In this document: positions 1 to 9,557 of the stretch, one piece after another
Layout: each line of letters begins with the position of its first letter
Numbering within the stretch: position 1 is the first letter of the stretch
Origin: an uncultured Verrucomicrobiae bacterium
GTDB taxonomy: Bacteria > Verrucomicrobiota > Verrucomicrobiia > Chthoniobacterales > JAFAMB01
Length of the DNA stretch: 64,000 bases
Assembly: GCA_963793135.1 (NCBI GenBank)
Contig: CAWBYX010000033.1
Span: 33,708 to 97,707, forward strand
Direction of reading: 5' to 3'
Translations under genes and position numbers: made by a program
Notes under the pieces: generated by a model
Told to the model about the DNA's origin: nothing
The model's database searches: none
The model's input: the letters and a program-made list of their open reading frames with translations, nothing else

Positions 1-262
1 AGCTCGGCATAGACTAGGCAGGGTGCCCGACGATGGTTTCGATGGTTCATCTTGGGATTGTGCGAATTGGAGCTCGATGGTGATGCCACGACAACCAGGC
101 CTGTTCACAATCCTTCGCCGTGATCCGGTGGACGCCGGATGCTATTTTGTTTTTCGGTCGAGACTTAGTCTTTGCGGACCACGTCATCAGGGCCGGAAGC
201 TGCCTTGGCAGCAACCACACTGTTGGGATCTTTTCGGTGTCAAAACCGGACAAACCCAGAGT

Positions 263-939
263 GGGGACAGGTCCGAAAAAACCGAGCATTGCCAGTCCCC
301 TCATTCCCGCCGAGCACAGGGCGAATGGAAAAGAGTCGGCCAAACTGTTGACCGGTTAAAGTTGACCAGTTGACCAGTTGACCCATCCTTCTGGCCCTGT
401 CGTGCTGCCCTTTGCGCCAAACCGATTGGAAGATTGGAAGGGACCTGTCCCTAACTAACTGTCGGTTTGACCCCTTCGCGCCAAACCGATCGAAAAGGAC
501 CTGTCCCTAACCAACTACCTAACACTAAAGAGAATTCCAAATAACTGACCCATCTTTTTGTAAAAAGGCCGACTGAATACGCTGCACTTTTGGTCTTTTT
601 GGTCGGTCCTTTTACAGCATGCCATACATTCGACTCACTCTCCTTTGCGCCAGACCAATCCGACCAATCGGAAGGGACACACTTGTGGGGGACAGGTCAT
701 GGGAAAGCGTCAATCCGTCAATCCGTCAATCAGGGGTTGGGGACCTGTCCCTTTCCTGATCCCTCGTTTGGGGACAGGTCCGTTTCGTCGTTTCGTCGGG
801 GACAGGTCAGAAGACTAGAAGACTTCAATACTTCGATAACTGGCGCAGCGCTCGTGCGCTTCATTTTCCTGGCAAGCGTAGCAGTCTCAGTGCGAGCGGT
901 CCTGTTCCCTGTCTCCCGATCGCTGCACGGGGACAGGTC
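263..939. repeat. REP-like array: 8 copies of the short palindromic motif GGGGACAGGTC(C)/GGGACCTGTCCC, interleaved with micro-tandem duplications
   Basis: Copies at 263-274, 687-698, 770-781, 798-808 and 929-939 are in the GGGGACAGGTC orientation. Copies at 440-451, 497-507 and 739-751 are in the GGGACCTGTCCC orientation. The arms GGGAC/GTCCC are self-complementary. Between copies: gttgacca x3 (361-383), gattggaa x2 (424-439), gtcaatcc x3 (709-731), gtttcgtc x2 (782-797), agaagact x2 (809-824). No convincing CDS. Confidence 0.8.
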
Positions 940-1040
940 GAAAAATGAAGTCCTGATCTTCGAGCGGCGCCGAGGGTCAGACCATTAGTGCCCGGCGATA
1001 TAGCAAAAGCACAAGGGATAACAAAACGAAAGGCGAAGGT

Positions 1041-1065
1041 CTTTTAGTGAGCAAAGCACTAAAAG
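1041..1065. other. Perfect 9-bp stem hairpin (CTTTTAGTG-agcaaag-CACTAAAAG) about 86 nt beyond the 3' end of the RAYT-like gene
   Basis: Inverted repeat read directly. There is no U-tract on the minus strand, so it is not a canonical intrinsic terminator. It could be a subterminal hairpin of the IS200/IS605 type. Confidence 0.4.
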
Positions 1066-1150
1066 CGTAGATGCCGTTTTGCGGTCGACGTTCCACGTAG
1101 CTCAGCCTCCCTCGGAACCTTCCGATTCCGGACCGTTACTTTGCTGGGAG

Positions 1151-2218
1151 TCAGAAGCCCGAAGGGCTATCTGTCAACAATCTGTAAATTAACCGAAGGC
1201 TCGGGCTCGTAGTTTGCGTAAGACCCACAAACCCGCCGGACCGGGAATGTTTAGGGCGATGGGGCCGCTCTTGCACTTCTGCCCGATTCTCTGCTTCAGC
1301 CGCTGCCAATGAAATTCCACAAAAGAGCGGCTCCCCAAGATGACTCCGTCGCTGAAGGAACGAATTTTGCACCGCAAATCGCTCCTCCAGCAAGGGTTCA
1401 CATTTCTCTTGCTCGACAACCTCCTGCGCCTTGGCAGATTCAACGGCCGGCGGATTGTCCTCCCTGGCCTCCGCATCTTTCAAATTCAGGAGTTGGCGAT
1501 ACGCTCTTTCGATCTCCTCCCGACTCGCGGTTTGCGGCAGGCTCAGGAGCGTCCGGATCCCTTCCAGAGCAATCTCCGAACCCCGGACCATCGCTTCCGC
1601 ATAACCGCAGTAACGATATTCCTTGGGATCCTCACACAAACCGGCTCGAACCGGGTTAAGCTCGATGTAAGCAGCGATCGCCCTCACGGCACGGCCTCCT
1701 TCCAAGAGGACGCTCTTAAAGCGATCGGCCCACAAGACACCGTAGCGTCGGTGACGCCGATTGTAGGACTGGGCATAGCCGCCTTTAAGCTCTTTATTAA
1801 AAATCGAGAGGTCATACATCCGCCGGCGATAGGTTTCCAGCAGGCGCTCGCTCTGCTCAATCCCGTCGGGCTGCTCAGCGCAGCGTGCTAATTGCTCCCG
1901 CAGCACCCGCGCGTGCTCCGACCCGTCGCCGGCTTCAATGCGCTCCAGCATTTCGCTCTCAGTCAATAACTTGCGTTCAGGCACTTTGCACACCAGGTGG
2001 AAATGATTGTTCATCAGAACGTAGTCCAGAACTTGAATCCCGCTAAAAGCTTCCCGGCGGCGCATCAGGGAAATAAATTCCTCGGCCTCCAAACAACGGG
2101 CATCCGAAGCCCCGAAGACAGACAGACCATGAACGAATCCGGAAATGCAGTGGTAAAATCCCTGCCCCTGAGCTTTGACGCGCGGAAATCGCATAACGGA
2201 AGCCAGACAATACAACAT
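1151..2218 (-). mobile_element. IS200/IS605-like Y1 (HUH) transposase, REP-associated tyrosine transposase (RAYT)-like
   Basis: 355-aa ORF. HUH motif in VLMNNHFHLVCKV. Tyr-containing block YNRRHRRYGVLWADRFKS is typical of Y1 transposase-like proteins. It is a single gene without an IS605 tnpB partner and lies next to the palindrome array. Confidence 0.7.
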
Positions 2219-2380
2219 ATAATTTTCCAGTAATCAAAACTCTTTTTGAGGCGGTATTATTTCAAACTCGGCCAATTGAAAACGCGACCTCGATCTTCGC
2301 TTAGGCTGAACCGGCCAGTTGCGGCTGACATTGATCGCCGGCAAGGTTTAGGCTCCCACTCAGCGCTGGAAAAACGAAAT

Positions 2381-3727
2381 CTACTCGAACCTCAACGCCT
2401 TGACCGGATCCAACCTGGCCGCAAAATACGCGGGGACAAGAGCCGCGATGGAACAGATCAGAAAGCCACTGATGCAGATCACCAAGACATCTCGCGGTAC
2501 AATCTCGGCAGGAATCTCGGAAAACTGGTAAACGGCTGCCGGGAACAATTCGATGTGGAGAGTGGCAGCCAGAAAATCGCGCACCTGGTTTCGATATTGG
2601 ACCAGAGCGATTCCACTGGTGAGCCCGATTAAAGTCCCGAAGAAACCGACAACCATCCCCTGGGCGAGAAAGATCCACATGATTTGGCTCATTTGCGCCC
2701 CGAGCGCTTTCAATAAACCGATCTCGCGGGTCTTTTGCACAGTCGAGGTGATCAAGGTGCTCATGATTCCAAAGGCAGCGACGATCACCACGAAAATCAA
2801 AACAAAAAACATGGTCGTGCGCTCAATGCGGATGGCATCGAAAAGCTCCCGATTCTGATCTATCCAGGTGACCGCTTGGAAAGGTGGCTGAAGAAACTGG
2901 TTGAGACGATCCCGCACTTTATCCGCGGTAAACGGGTCATTGGTCCGAACCGAAATTCCATGCACGCCGCCGCCCAGGCTGTAGGCCTCTTGCATGATAT
3001 GCAATGGCACAAGGATATAATCGGAATCGTAGGCGTACCGGCCGGAATTGAACATCCCGGTCACGGTAACTTCCATCGGGAGGATAAGCTCGCGCACCCG
3101 CTTCAGCTCTTGATGGTTGTCCGCCTTGCCCTCGGCCTGATCGAGAATTTTCTGCAGTTCTCCCAGGTCGTGCGGCGAGTAGATTTCGATCGTGTCCCCG
3201 ATGTTTATTCCAAGGTTAGAGGCCAGTTCCGAGCCGACGATGCCGTTGTCTCCGCTTAAATCGAACTCTCCCGCCACCAGGAATTGCTTCAAATTGGCGA
3301 CCGACTGTTCCAGCTCCGGATTGATCCCCCGCAGCCAGGGAACGGAACGATGATTCTTAAATTGCACAATCACTCGCCCTTGGGCAAACGGCGCGGCAGC
3401 AACGACTCCTTCGGTTTTTTTGGTGCGATCCAGGATCTCTCGCCAGTTATTCATGACTTCGTTGCCGCTGATCAAGATGTCGGCGTCAAAGCCGACAATC
3501 TTTCGCTGGAGCTCCCGTTCAAACCCGGTCATTACCGAGATCACAATGATCAAGACGCTGATCCCAAGCACCACGCCCAGGATCGAGATCAAAGTGATCA
3601 GCGAAAGAAAAGTGCGCTTCGGCTTCAGGTACCGCAGCGCGAGAAAATAGGTGAAAGGCAAGCGAATCTTTTTGGGCACAGGTCGGAGAACGCTGTCTAC
3701 AATCTTATCGGTTAAAGAATCGGCCAT
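2381..3727 (-). CDS. LolC/LolE-family (FtsX/MacB-type) ABC transporter permease
   Basis: 448 aa. N-terminal TM helix, a large periplasmic domain, and a C-terminal 3-helix FtsX bundle with REIGLLKALGA. No cognate ATPase gene is adjacent. Confidence 0.8.
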   Translation of the reverse strand: MADSLTDKIVDSVLRPVPKKIRLPFTYFLALRYLKPKRTFLSLITLISILGVVLGISVLIIVISVMTGFERELQRKIVGFDADILISGNEVMNNWREILDRTKKTEGVVAAAPFAQGRVIVQFKNHRSVPWLRGINPELEQSVANLKQFLVAGEFDLSGDNGIVGSELASNLGINIGDTIEIYSPHDLGELQKILDQAEGKADNHQELKRVRELILPMEVTVTGMFNSGRYAYDSDYILVPLHIMQEAYSLGGGVHGISVRTNDPFTADKVRDRLNQFLQPPFQAVTWIDQNRELFDAIRIERTTMFFVLIFVVIVAAFGIMSTLITSTVQKTREIGLLKALGAQMSQIMWIFLAQGMVVGFFGTLIGLTSGIALVQYRNQVRDFLAATLHIELFPAAVYQFSEIPAEIVPRDVLVICISGFLICSIAALVPAYFAARLDPVKALRFE

Positions 3728-5060
3728 AAAGCTTCAACCGCGCCAGAATGACGACGTCGCGAATTGCTGTGTCGAACGGTTTGCCCTTCTCTTCGACCAG
3801 GGGTTTTGCCAGGAAAAACGTCACGATTCCCAGCAGCGAAAGTAAAACGAAATAGGTGCTGTACCGGTTGACCTGAAAAAATCCGATTGAAAACTCCTTT
3901 TTGCCCAACGTATCGAGAAAGACACCCCAAAAAATGGGTGCCAAGCCCAGACTTAACGAGGCGAAAACGGTGAAAAGGGCAAAAAAGTGGTTCCGGCCCA
4001 TCGTGGGCATGGTGTCCATCGCGATTCGCGTGTTGGCAATCGAAAATAGCCCGCCCGCGACACCAAGGATGAGATAGTTGAATCCAATGAGAAGGTAGTG
4101 GGCTGGGAAAATCCCGCTGGTAATCAGGACCCAGAACAGGATACCGACGAGGTACAGTGACATGGCGAGCCTTAGAAGGGGCTTGCTTCCCGTCCGCTCC
4201 AGGATGAGACCAAAGAAAGGAACAGTGGCGAACGCACCAGCCGCCGCAGCCAGGCTGACGGCGAGAACCTGCCCCGCGGTGTATCCCGCCCTCCCTTCCA
4301 GGAAGGCAATGACAAACGCAGCCAGTCCGCCGACCACCCAGTTGTAGACCACATTAAAGATCAACAACTTGGCAAAAGGAGGATATTTCAATATCTGCAA
4401 CCATGGAACCGGCTGGCCGGAGGATTTTGCTTGTTCGCCAATCTCGACATCCGGAATTTTGCGCACGAAATGAAGGCTCAACATTCCGGCCAACCCGCTA
4501 ATGACAAAGAGGAGGGAAAATTGCCAGGGTTGGCCACCAGACCAAAGGACAATCGTTGCGATGGCGACGGCGAGCATTCCTCCGCATTGCATGTGGAATT
4601 GGTCGGAGCGTAGAAATGCGCCTCGAGCATTTGCCGGAACGAGCGCCGTCAACCATGGGAGCCAGGCACCCGTGGAAATACCTCGGACTACGTTAAAAAG
4701 GAATAGACAGACCAGCATCAGTTGCGTCTGGATTGCCGTAGGTAGAAAGACGAGCAAGGGCAGGATCGCGAGCAGGAACAACAACACCGCACGCACCGAC
4801 CAGCCGAATAAGACGAAACCTTTGTAGCCGACTTTCGGAATGAAATAGGCCGTCGGAAGCTGGAGGATAGTCATCAGTGGCGCCAGCGAAGCGACAATCC
4901 CAATCGTGGTCGCACTTCCACCCAAGGCCTTTGCGTACAGCACCATCGGAGCCCCAAGCGTGATCTGGAAATTGACCGCGTTAAATAGACTGAACCGAAA
5001 AGAGTTGGTGGCCTGCGGCGGAATATCCGGAATCTTTGAAGCTACTCCGGTCGTGATCAT
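3705..5060 (-). CDS. MFS-type transporter, substrate unknown
   Basis: 451 aa, with about 12 hydrophobic helices along its whole length. Its 3' end overlaps the lolCE-like start by 23 nt. Its start overlaps the lysS stop by 4 nt. Confidence 0.65.
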   Translation of the reverse strand: MITTGVASKIPDIPPQATNSFRFSLFNAVNFQITLGAPMVLYAKALGGSATTIGIVASLAPLMTILQLPTAYFIPKVGYKGFVLFGWSVRAVLLFLLAILPLLVFLPTAIQTQLMLVCLFLFNVVRGISTGAWLPWLTALVPANARGAFLRSDQFHMQCGGMLAVAIATIVLWSGGQPWQFSLLFVISGLAGMLSLHFVRKIPDVEIGEQAKSSGQPVPWLQILKYPPFAKLLIFNVVYNWVVGGLAAFVIAFLEGRAGYTAGQVLAVSLAAAAGAFATVPFFGLILERTGSKPLLRLAMSLYLVGILFWVLITSGIFPAHYLLIGFNYLILGVAGGLFSIANTRIAMDTMPTMGRNHFFALFTVFASLSLGLAPIFWGVFLDTLGKKEFSIGFFQVNRYSTYFVLLSLLGIVTFFLAKPLVEEKGKPFDTAIRDVVILARLKLYGRFFNR

Positions 5061-6508
5061 TCTTGCGATTTCGGTTTCAAATGCGGAAACAAGATGACCT
5101 CTCGAATCGAGTCCGCACCGGTGAGTGTCATCACCAGTCGGTCAATTCCGACTCCAATTCCGCCTGCCGGCGGCATACCATGTTCCAGGGCGAGCAGAAA
5201 ATCTTCATCGAGGTTCTGCACCTCCTCACCAACCTGTTCCACAAGCCTGCGCCGCTGAACCAGCGGATCATTCAACTCCGAATACCCAGGCGATATCTCT
5301 TGACCGTTAATGATCAGTTCATAAACGTCCACCAGCGCTGGATTCTCCACGTTTTGTTTGGCCAACGGAACTAGTTCCACTGGCAGGTGCGTCACAAAAA
5401 GAGGGTCGACGGTCTGTTCCTCGACGAGTTTTTCAAACAACTGCTGGGTGATCTCAAACTCCTGCATTCCAGCATGCACTTCGACTCCCAATTCCTTACA
5501 ACGCTTCAGCTTCTCATCCTGGTTGCGGTCATACCAGGTTTGATCGACCTGCAGAATCAGCTCTTGGTACCGAACCCGTTTCCAGGGACGCGATAGATTA
5601 ATCGTTCGCTTGATTTTTCCCTCGCTATCCTTATGGGCAATCAGCAGAGATCCAACTACCCGCTCGGCCAAAGTGCAGATCATTTCCTCGACCAGGTCCG
5701 CCATCAACTCGAAATCGGCGTAAGCCCAGTAGGCCTCCAGCATCGTAAACTCCGGATTGTGCCGGCGGGAGATCCCCTCGTTCCTGAAGTTGCGATTCAA
5801 TTCGAAGACTTTAGGAAAGCCGCCAACCAAGAGACGTTTCAGATATAATTCCGGCGCGATCCGCAGATAGAGATCCAGATCCAGCGCCTTATGATGAGTC
5901 TTGAAAGGTTGGGCTGCCGCCCCGCCGGCGATTGCCTGCATCATCGGGGTCTCCACCTCCAGGAATCCTCGCTCATTCAAGTATTGTCGGATTTCGCGAA
6001 TAATCCGGCTCCTCGCGAGGAAGATGTCCCGTGAAGTTGGGTTTGCGATCAAATCCAGGTAACGCTGGCGGTTGCGAATCTCGATGTCACTGACCCCGTG
6101 CCATTTGTCGGGCAACGGACGCAACGTCTTCGCCAGAATTTGAAATTTATCGACCCGAATCGTCGGTTCGCCACTCTTGGTGACAAAGCAATCCCCTTCG
6201 ACTCCCAGGAAATCGCCAATATCCAAATTCTGAAAAATCCCCGCTTGATCAACCGCGAGTTCCTTCAGGTTGATGTAGACCTGGATTCGACCACTGATAT
6301 CGCTGAGGTCAAGAAATTGGCTCTTGCCCATGTTCCGATGCGCCGTGACCCGACCCGCCACGCGGACCCGCGCGCCCTGCTCGAAAGCCTGCCTGACCTC
6401 ACCGACAGCGCCGGAGACATCGAAACGCTCTCCGAAGGGGTCCACTTTCTGCCCAAGCAATTGCTCCAGCTTTTGTCGGCGGACCGCCAGAAGATCGTTC
6501 TCTTCCAT
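5057..6508 (-). CDS. lysS: Lysine--tRNA ligase, class II
   Basis: 483 aa. N-terminal OB fold. Class II motifs NRNFRNEGISRRHNPEFTMLEAY and PPAGGIGVGIDRLVMTLTG. Confidence 0.95.
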   Translation of the reverse strand: MEENDLLAVRRQKLEQLLGQKVDPFGERFDVSGAVGEVRQAFEQGARVRVAGRVTAHRNMGKSQFLDLSDISGRIQVYINLKELAVDQAGIFQNLDIGDFLGVEGDCFVTKSGEPTIRVDKFQILAKTLRPLPDKWHGVSDIEIRNRQRYLDLIANPTSRDIFLARSRIIREIRQYLNERGFLEVETPMMQAIAGGAAAQPFKTHHKALDLDLYLRIAPELYLKRLLVGGFPKVFELNRNFRNEGISRRHNPEFTMLEAYWAYADFELMADLVEEMICTLAERVVGSLLIAHKDSEGKIKRTINLSRPWKRVRYQELILQVDQTWYDRNQDEKLKRCKELGVEVHAGMQEFEITQQLFEKLVEEQTVDPLFVTHLPVELVPLAKQNVENPALVDVYELIINGQEISPGYSELNDPLVQRRRLVEQVGEEVQNLDEDFLLALEHGMPPAGGIGVGIDRLVMTLTGADSIREVILFPHLKPKSQE

Positions 6509-6518
6509 GATTCTAAAA

Positions 6519-6646
6519 TCAGGAGTCAGGAGTTGCAGGAGTTCAGGAGTTGCAGAAGGAGTTTGGAACAGAGGTAAGGGATCCTGAAGGGGAAATCAGC
6601 AGTCCAATCCTGGAACTTCTGAACTCCTGCAACTCCTGACTCCTGA
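6519..6646. repeat. Long hairpin built from CAGGAGTT-type octamer repeats between ilvB and lysS
   Basis: 6519-6546 (tcaggagtcaggagttgcaggagttcag) is the exact reverse complement of 6619-6646, giving a perfect 28-bp stem and a 72-nt loop. The left arm continues as further octamer repeats to about 6563. Confidence 0.9.
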
Positions 6647-6650
6647 ATGC

Positions 6651-8453
6651 TTACCCTTCAAACTTCCCGTGCCGCTCGTCTATGATGATGTCCCGATAGG
6701 TCTTCCCCGAGGGGATCATGGGCATGACGTGTTCAGTGAACGGGGTCATGACATCGAGAACATAGCATTCGTCCGAATCCAACATGCGCTGCAGCGCGCC
6801 TCGCAAATCTTTCTTTTCGATCACGCGCTCGCACTTGACGCCAAAACCGCGGCAGAGCTCCACATAGTCGGGATAAATTCGCTCCCTGTCCCGCGGATCA
6901 CCCAAGAAGGTGTGACCCCGATTGCTATTGTAAAAGCGATCTTCCCACTGCACCACCATGCCAAGGTGCTGGTTATTGATAATGATGACCTTGGCAGCAA
7001 TCCCTTCGACGTGAGCGCAAGCCAGTTCCTGGACGTTCATCAAAAACGAACCGTCACCGTCGATGTCAATAACCTGGCGATCGGGAAAAGCCACTTTCGC
7101 TCCCAGGGAAGCTGGGAAGCCGAATCCCATCGCACCAAGCCCGGCTGAGGTCAGAAACTGACGCGGATGGGTAAAGTCATAATATTGGCCTGCCCACATC
7201 TGGTGCTGTCCCACGCCGGTCGCAATGATCGCTTCCCCGTTTGTCAATTCATGCAGAAGCCGGATCACATGCTGCGGTAAAATTGCTTCGTCCGTGTCCT
7301 TGAAATCCAACGGATAACGTTCTTTCCATTGGTAAATTTTCTCGAGCCAGTCGGGAAAAAGATTGAACTGCTTGGAAACGCGCTGATACCCACCGGCGGC
7401 CAACAAGCGATTCAACTCGCCGAGGGCGTATTTGATATCGCTGAGAACCGGTAATTTGACGACCTTGTTCTTGTTCAGTTCTGAAAAGTCGATGTCGACG
7501 TGGACAATCGTGCCGTGCTCCGCAAATTTTTCGACCTTGCCGGTGACTCGGTCGTCAAAACGAACACCCAATGCCAGCAAAAGATCTGATTCATTGACAG
7601 CGCAGTTGGCGTAAACCGTTCCATGCATGCCAAGCCATTTAAGGGACAATGGGTGGCCTTCCGGAAAACCGCCGATTCCCATGAGGGTGGTCGCCACTGG
7701 GATCTGGCTTCGCTCGGCAAATTCGAGCAGTTCGTCTGATGCATTCCCAGAAATGATCCCGCCTCCGGCGTAAATCATCGGCCTTTTCGCCGACTTGATC
7801 AGCCCGATGATTTCATTCAATGCCACAGGGTCCGCCTTGGGCGGCAGCTGGTAACCCCGCAAAGCCAATTCGCTGGGGAAAATCGGCTGTGCCACTTGGT
7901 TCTGAATATTCTTCGGAATGTCGATGAGCACCGGGCCGGGCCGGCCCGTCTGAGCGATATAAAATGCTTCCTTCACCACGCGCGGAATTTCGTGGATATC
8001 CATGACCAGATAGCTGTGTTTCACCAGCGGCAGCGTCATCCCGAAGACGTCCGTTTCCTGGAAGGCGCCTTTTCCAATCATTTCCTGGGGGACTTGGCCA
8101 GTAATCGCGACGAGCGGAATCGAATCCATGAATGCATCCGCAATCCCCGTGACCAGATTAGTCGCTCCCGGACCGGAAGTAGCCATGCAAACACCCGCCT
8201 TGCCCGTAGCCCGTGCGTAGCCTTCGGCGGCGAAGCTTCCACCCTGCTCATGGCGGGGGAGAATAGTCCGGATTTTGGTCGACCGCGTCAGGGCCTGATG
8301 GATCGGCATGCTGGCGCCGCCCGGATAAGCGAAGATCACCTCTACGCCCTCTCGCTCCATGGCGGCGACGAGAATCTCGGCGCCATTCATCGTTTCGCCT
8401 CGTGTAGAGGCCGGACGTATTGTGGCGGGTTCGTTGGCAACAGAGGTTTTCAT
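6651..8453 (-). CDS. ilvB: Acetolactate synthase, large (catalytic) subunit
   Basis: 600 aa ThDP enzyme. Motifs [26 protein letters not shown] and [16 protein letters not shown]. The true start may be the internal MNGAEIL. Confidence 0.9.
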   Translation of the reverse strand: MKTSVANEPATIRPASTRGETMNGAEILVAAMEREGVEVIFAYPGGASMPIHQALTRSTKIRTILPRHEQGGSFAAEGYARATGKAGVCMATSGPGATNLVTGIADAFMDSIPLVAITGQVPQEMIGKGAFQETDVFGMTLPLVKHSYLVMDIHEIPRVVKEAFYIAQTGRPGPVLIDIPKNIQNQVAQPIFPSELALRGYQLPPKADPVALNEIIGLIKSAKRPMIYAGGGIISGNASDELLEFAERSQIPVATTLMGIGGFPEGHPLSLKWLGMHGTVYANCAVNESDLLLALGVRFDDRVTGKVEKFAEHGTIVHVDIDFSELNKNKVVKLPVLSDIKYALGELNRLLAAGGYQRVSKQFNLFPDWLEKIYQWKERYPLDFKDTDEAILPQHVIRLLHELTNGEAIIATGVGQHQMWAGQYYDFTHPRQFLTSAGLGAMGFGFPASLGAKVAFPDRQVIDIDGDGSFLMNVQELACAHVEGIAAKVIIINNQHLGMVVQWEDRFYNSNRGHTFLGDPRDRERIYPDYVELCRGFGVKCERVIEKKDLRGALQRMLDSDECYVLDVMTPFTEHVMPMIPSGKTYRDIIIDERHGKFEG

Positions 8454-8581
8454 AAAAAGTCGGTTATTATAAGGGGTGCAGCCCCAGTGATCAATGCTTG
8501 CTTAACAGCAAAGAGCGAAAATCGGCCCACCGATTCGCTTCAAAAGTGGCCACCAGATTCGTTGAATGTACAATAGATCTT

Positions 8582-9322
8582 ATGATGACGCGACGCGAAG
8601 TAATCAAAGCTGTTGCCCTGACGGCCGGTGCTTTAGCAGTGAATACCCCCTTTCTCCGAGGGGCAGCTGCTGATTCGAGTGCCAGTACCTCGGTATACCC
8701 CTTCAAACTACCCGAACTCGGTTATCCCTACGACGCGCTCGAACCGTACATCGACGCGCAGACCATGCAGATCCATCATGACAAACACAATGGCGCCTAC
8801 GTGGAAAACCTGAACAAGGCACTCGCGCAAGCGCCGGAATCCGTTCAGAAAATGTCGTTGGAGGAGTTATTGCTGAACCTGGACAAAGTTCCTGAGAATA
8901 TCCGTACCGCCGTCCGCAACAACGGAGGCGGCCAATACAATCACTCCTTTTTCTGGAAAATCCTGAAGAAGAATGAGGGAGGCAAACCGAGCGGCGAACT
9001 CGCCAAGGCGATCGACGGAACATTTGGAGATTACCCAGCATTTCAGGCGAAATTCGGTGAAGCGGCCACGAAAGTTTTCGGCAGCGGCTGGGCCTGGCTA
9101 GTTACCGACGGCAAAAAACTATCGATCAGCACGACGCCCAACCAGGACAGCACGATCTCGAAACCGAACGACAAGGAAATTCCGATCGTGGGCATCGACG
9201 TCTGGGAACACGCTTATTATTTAAAATACCAGAATCGTCGGCCGGAATACGTGAAAGCTTTCTGGAACGTAATCAACTGGGATTACGCCTCTGAACAGTA
9301 TGCCGCCGCCTCGAAAGGGTGA
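8582..9322 (+). CDS. sodA: Fe/Mn superoxide dismutase with twin-arginine (Tat) signal peptide
   Basis: Motifs HHDKHNGAYVENLN and DVWEHAYYLKYQNRR. Leader MMTRREVIKAVALTAGALAV. Start moved to the in-frame ATG at 8582 within the 8498 ORF. Confidence 0.9.
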   Translation: MMTRREVIKAVALTAGALAVNTPFLRGAAADSSASTSVYPFKLPELGYPYDALEPYIDAQTMQIHHDKHNGAYVENLNKALAQAPESVQKMSLEELLLNLDKVPENIRTAVRNNGGGQYNHSFFWKILKKNEGGKPSGELAKAIDGTFGDYPAFQAKFGEAATKVFGSGWAWLVTDGKKLSISTTPNQDSTISKPNDKEIPIVGIDVWEHAYYLKYQNRRPEYVKAFWNVINWDYASEQYAAASKG

Positions 9323-9324
9323 GG

Positions 9325-9437
9325 GCGTTGCGTTCGGCGTTCGGGCGTTCGGCGTTCGCGTTCAGCGTTCGGCGTTCGGCGTTCAACGTCTCGGCATTCA
9401 GCGTTCAGCGTTCGGCGTCAGCCTCGGCGTTCGCGTC
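9325..9437. repeat. GCGTTCGGCGTTCAGCGTTC-type hexamer/heptamer minisatellite (family also at 35146-35196 and 42003-42214)
   Basis: About 15 degenerate GCGTTC(R) units immediately after the sod stop. They translate as SAFGV repeats in the overlapping spurious ORFs. Confidence 0.85.
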
Positions 9438-9557
9438 GACCTCCATGCGATCGCTTTCCCCGGACCGCAGCGGTTATCCGCTAGAAGCCGCCGGTCCCGG
9501 GGTTATGGCCGCGGTTTACCTCGGTTATGCGCCGCTAAAAGCTAAACGCTGACGCCA

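Noticed and set aside
263-939. Possible CRISPR array (also considered for 50344-50833 and the minisatellite loci)
   Set aside because: The repeat units are only 6-12 nt or are irregularly spaced. The segments between them are themselves micro-tandem repeats rather than unique 30-40 nt spacers. The orientation of the palindromes flips, and no cas genes are in the window.
590-988. 132-aa ORF, and the small ORFs at 23-373
   Set aside because: The 590-988 ORF lies inside the palindrome and micro-repeat array, so its sequence is dictated by the repeats. The 23-373 ORFs lie almost wholly upstream of the array and only reach its first copy (263-274). None of them has a ribosome-binding site or recognisable homology.
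9300-9552. 81-aa and 77-aa ORFs translating as SAFGV/RSAFG repeats
   Set aside because: They are direct translations of the GCGTTC minisatellite in two frames and are not genes.
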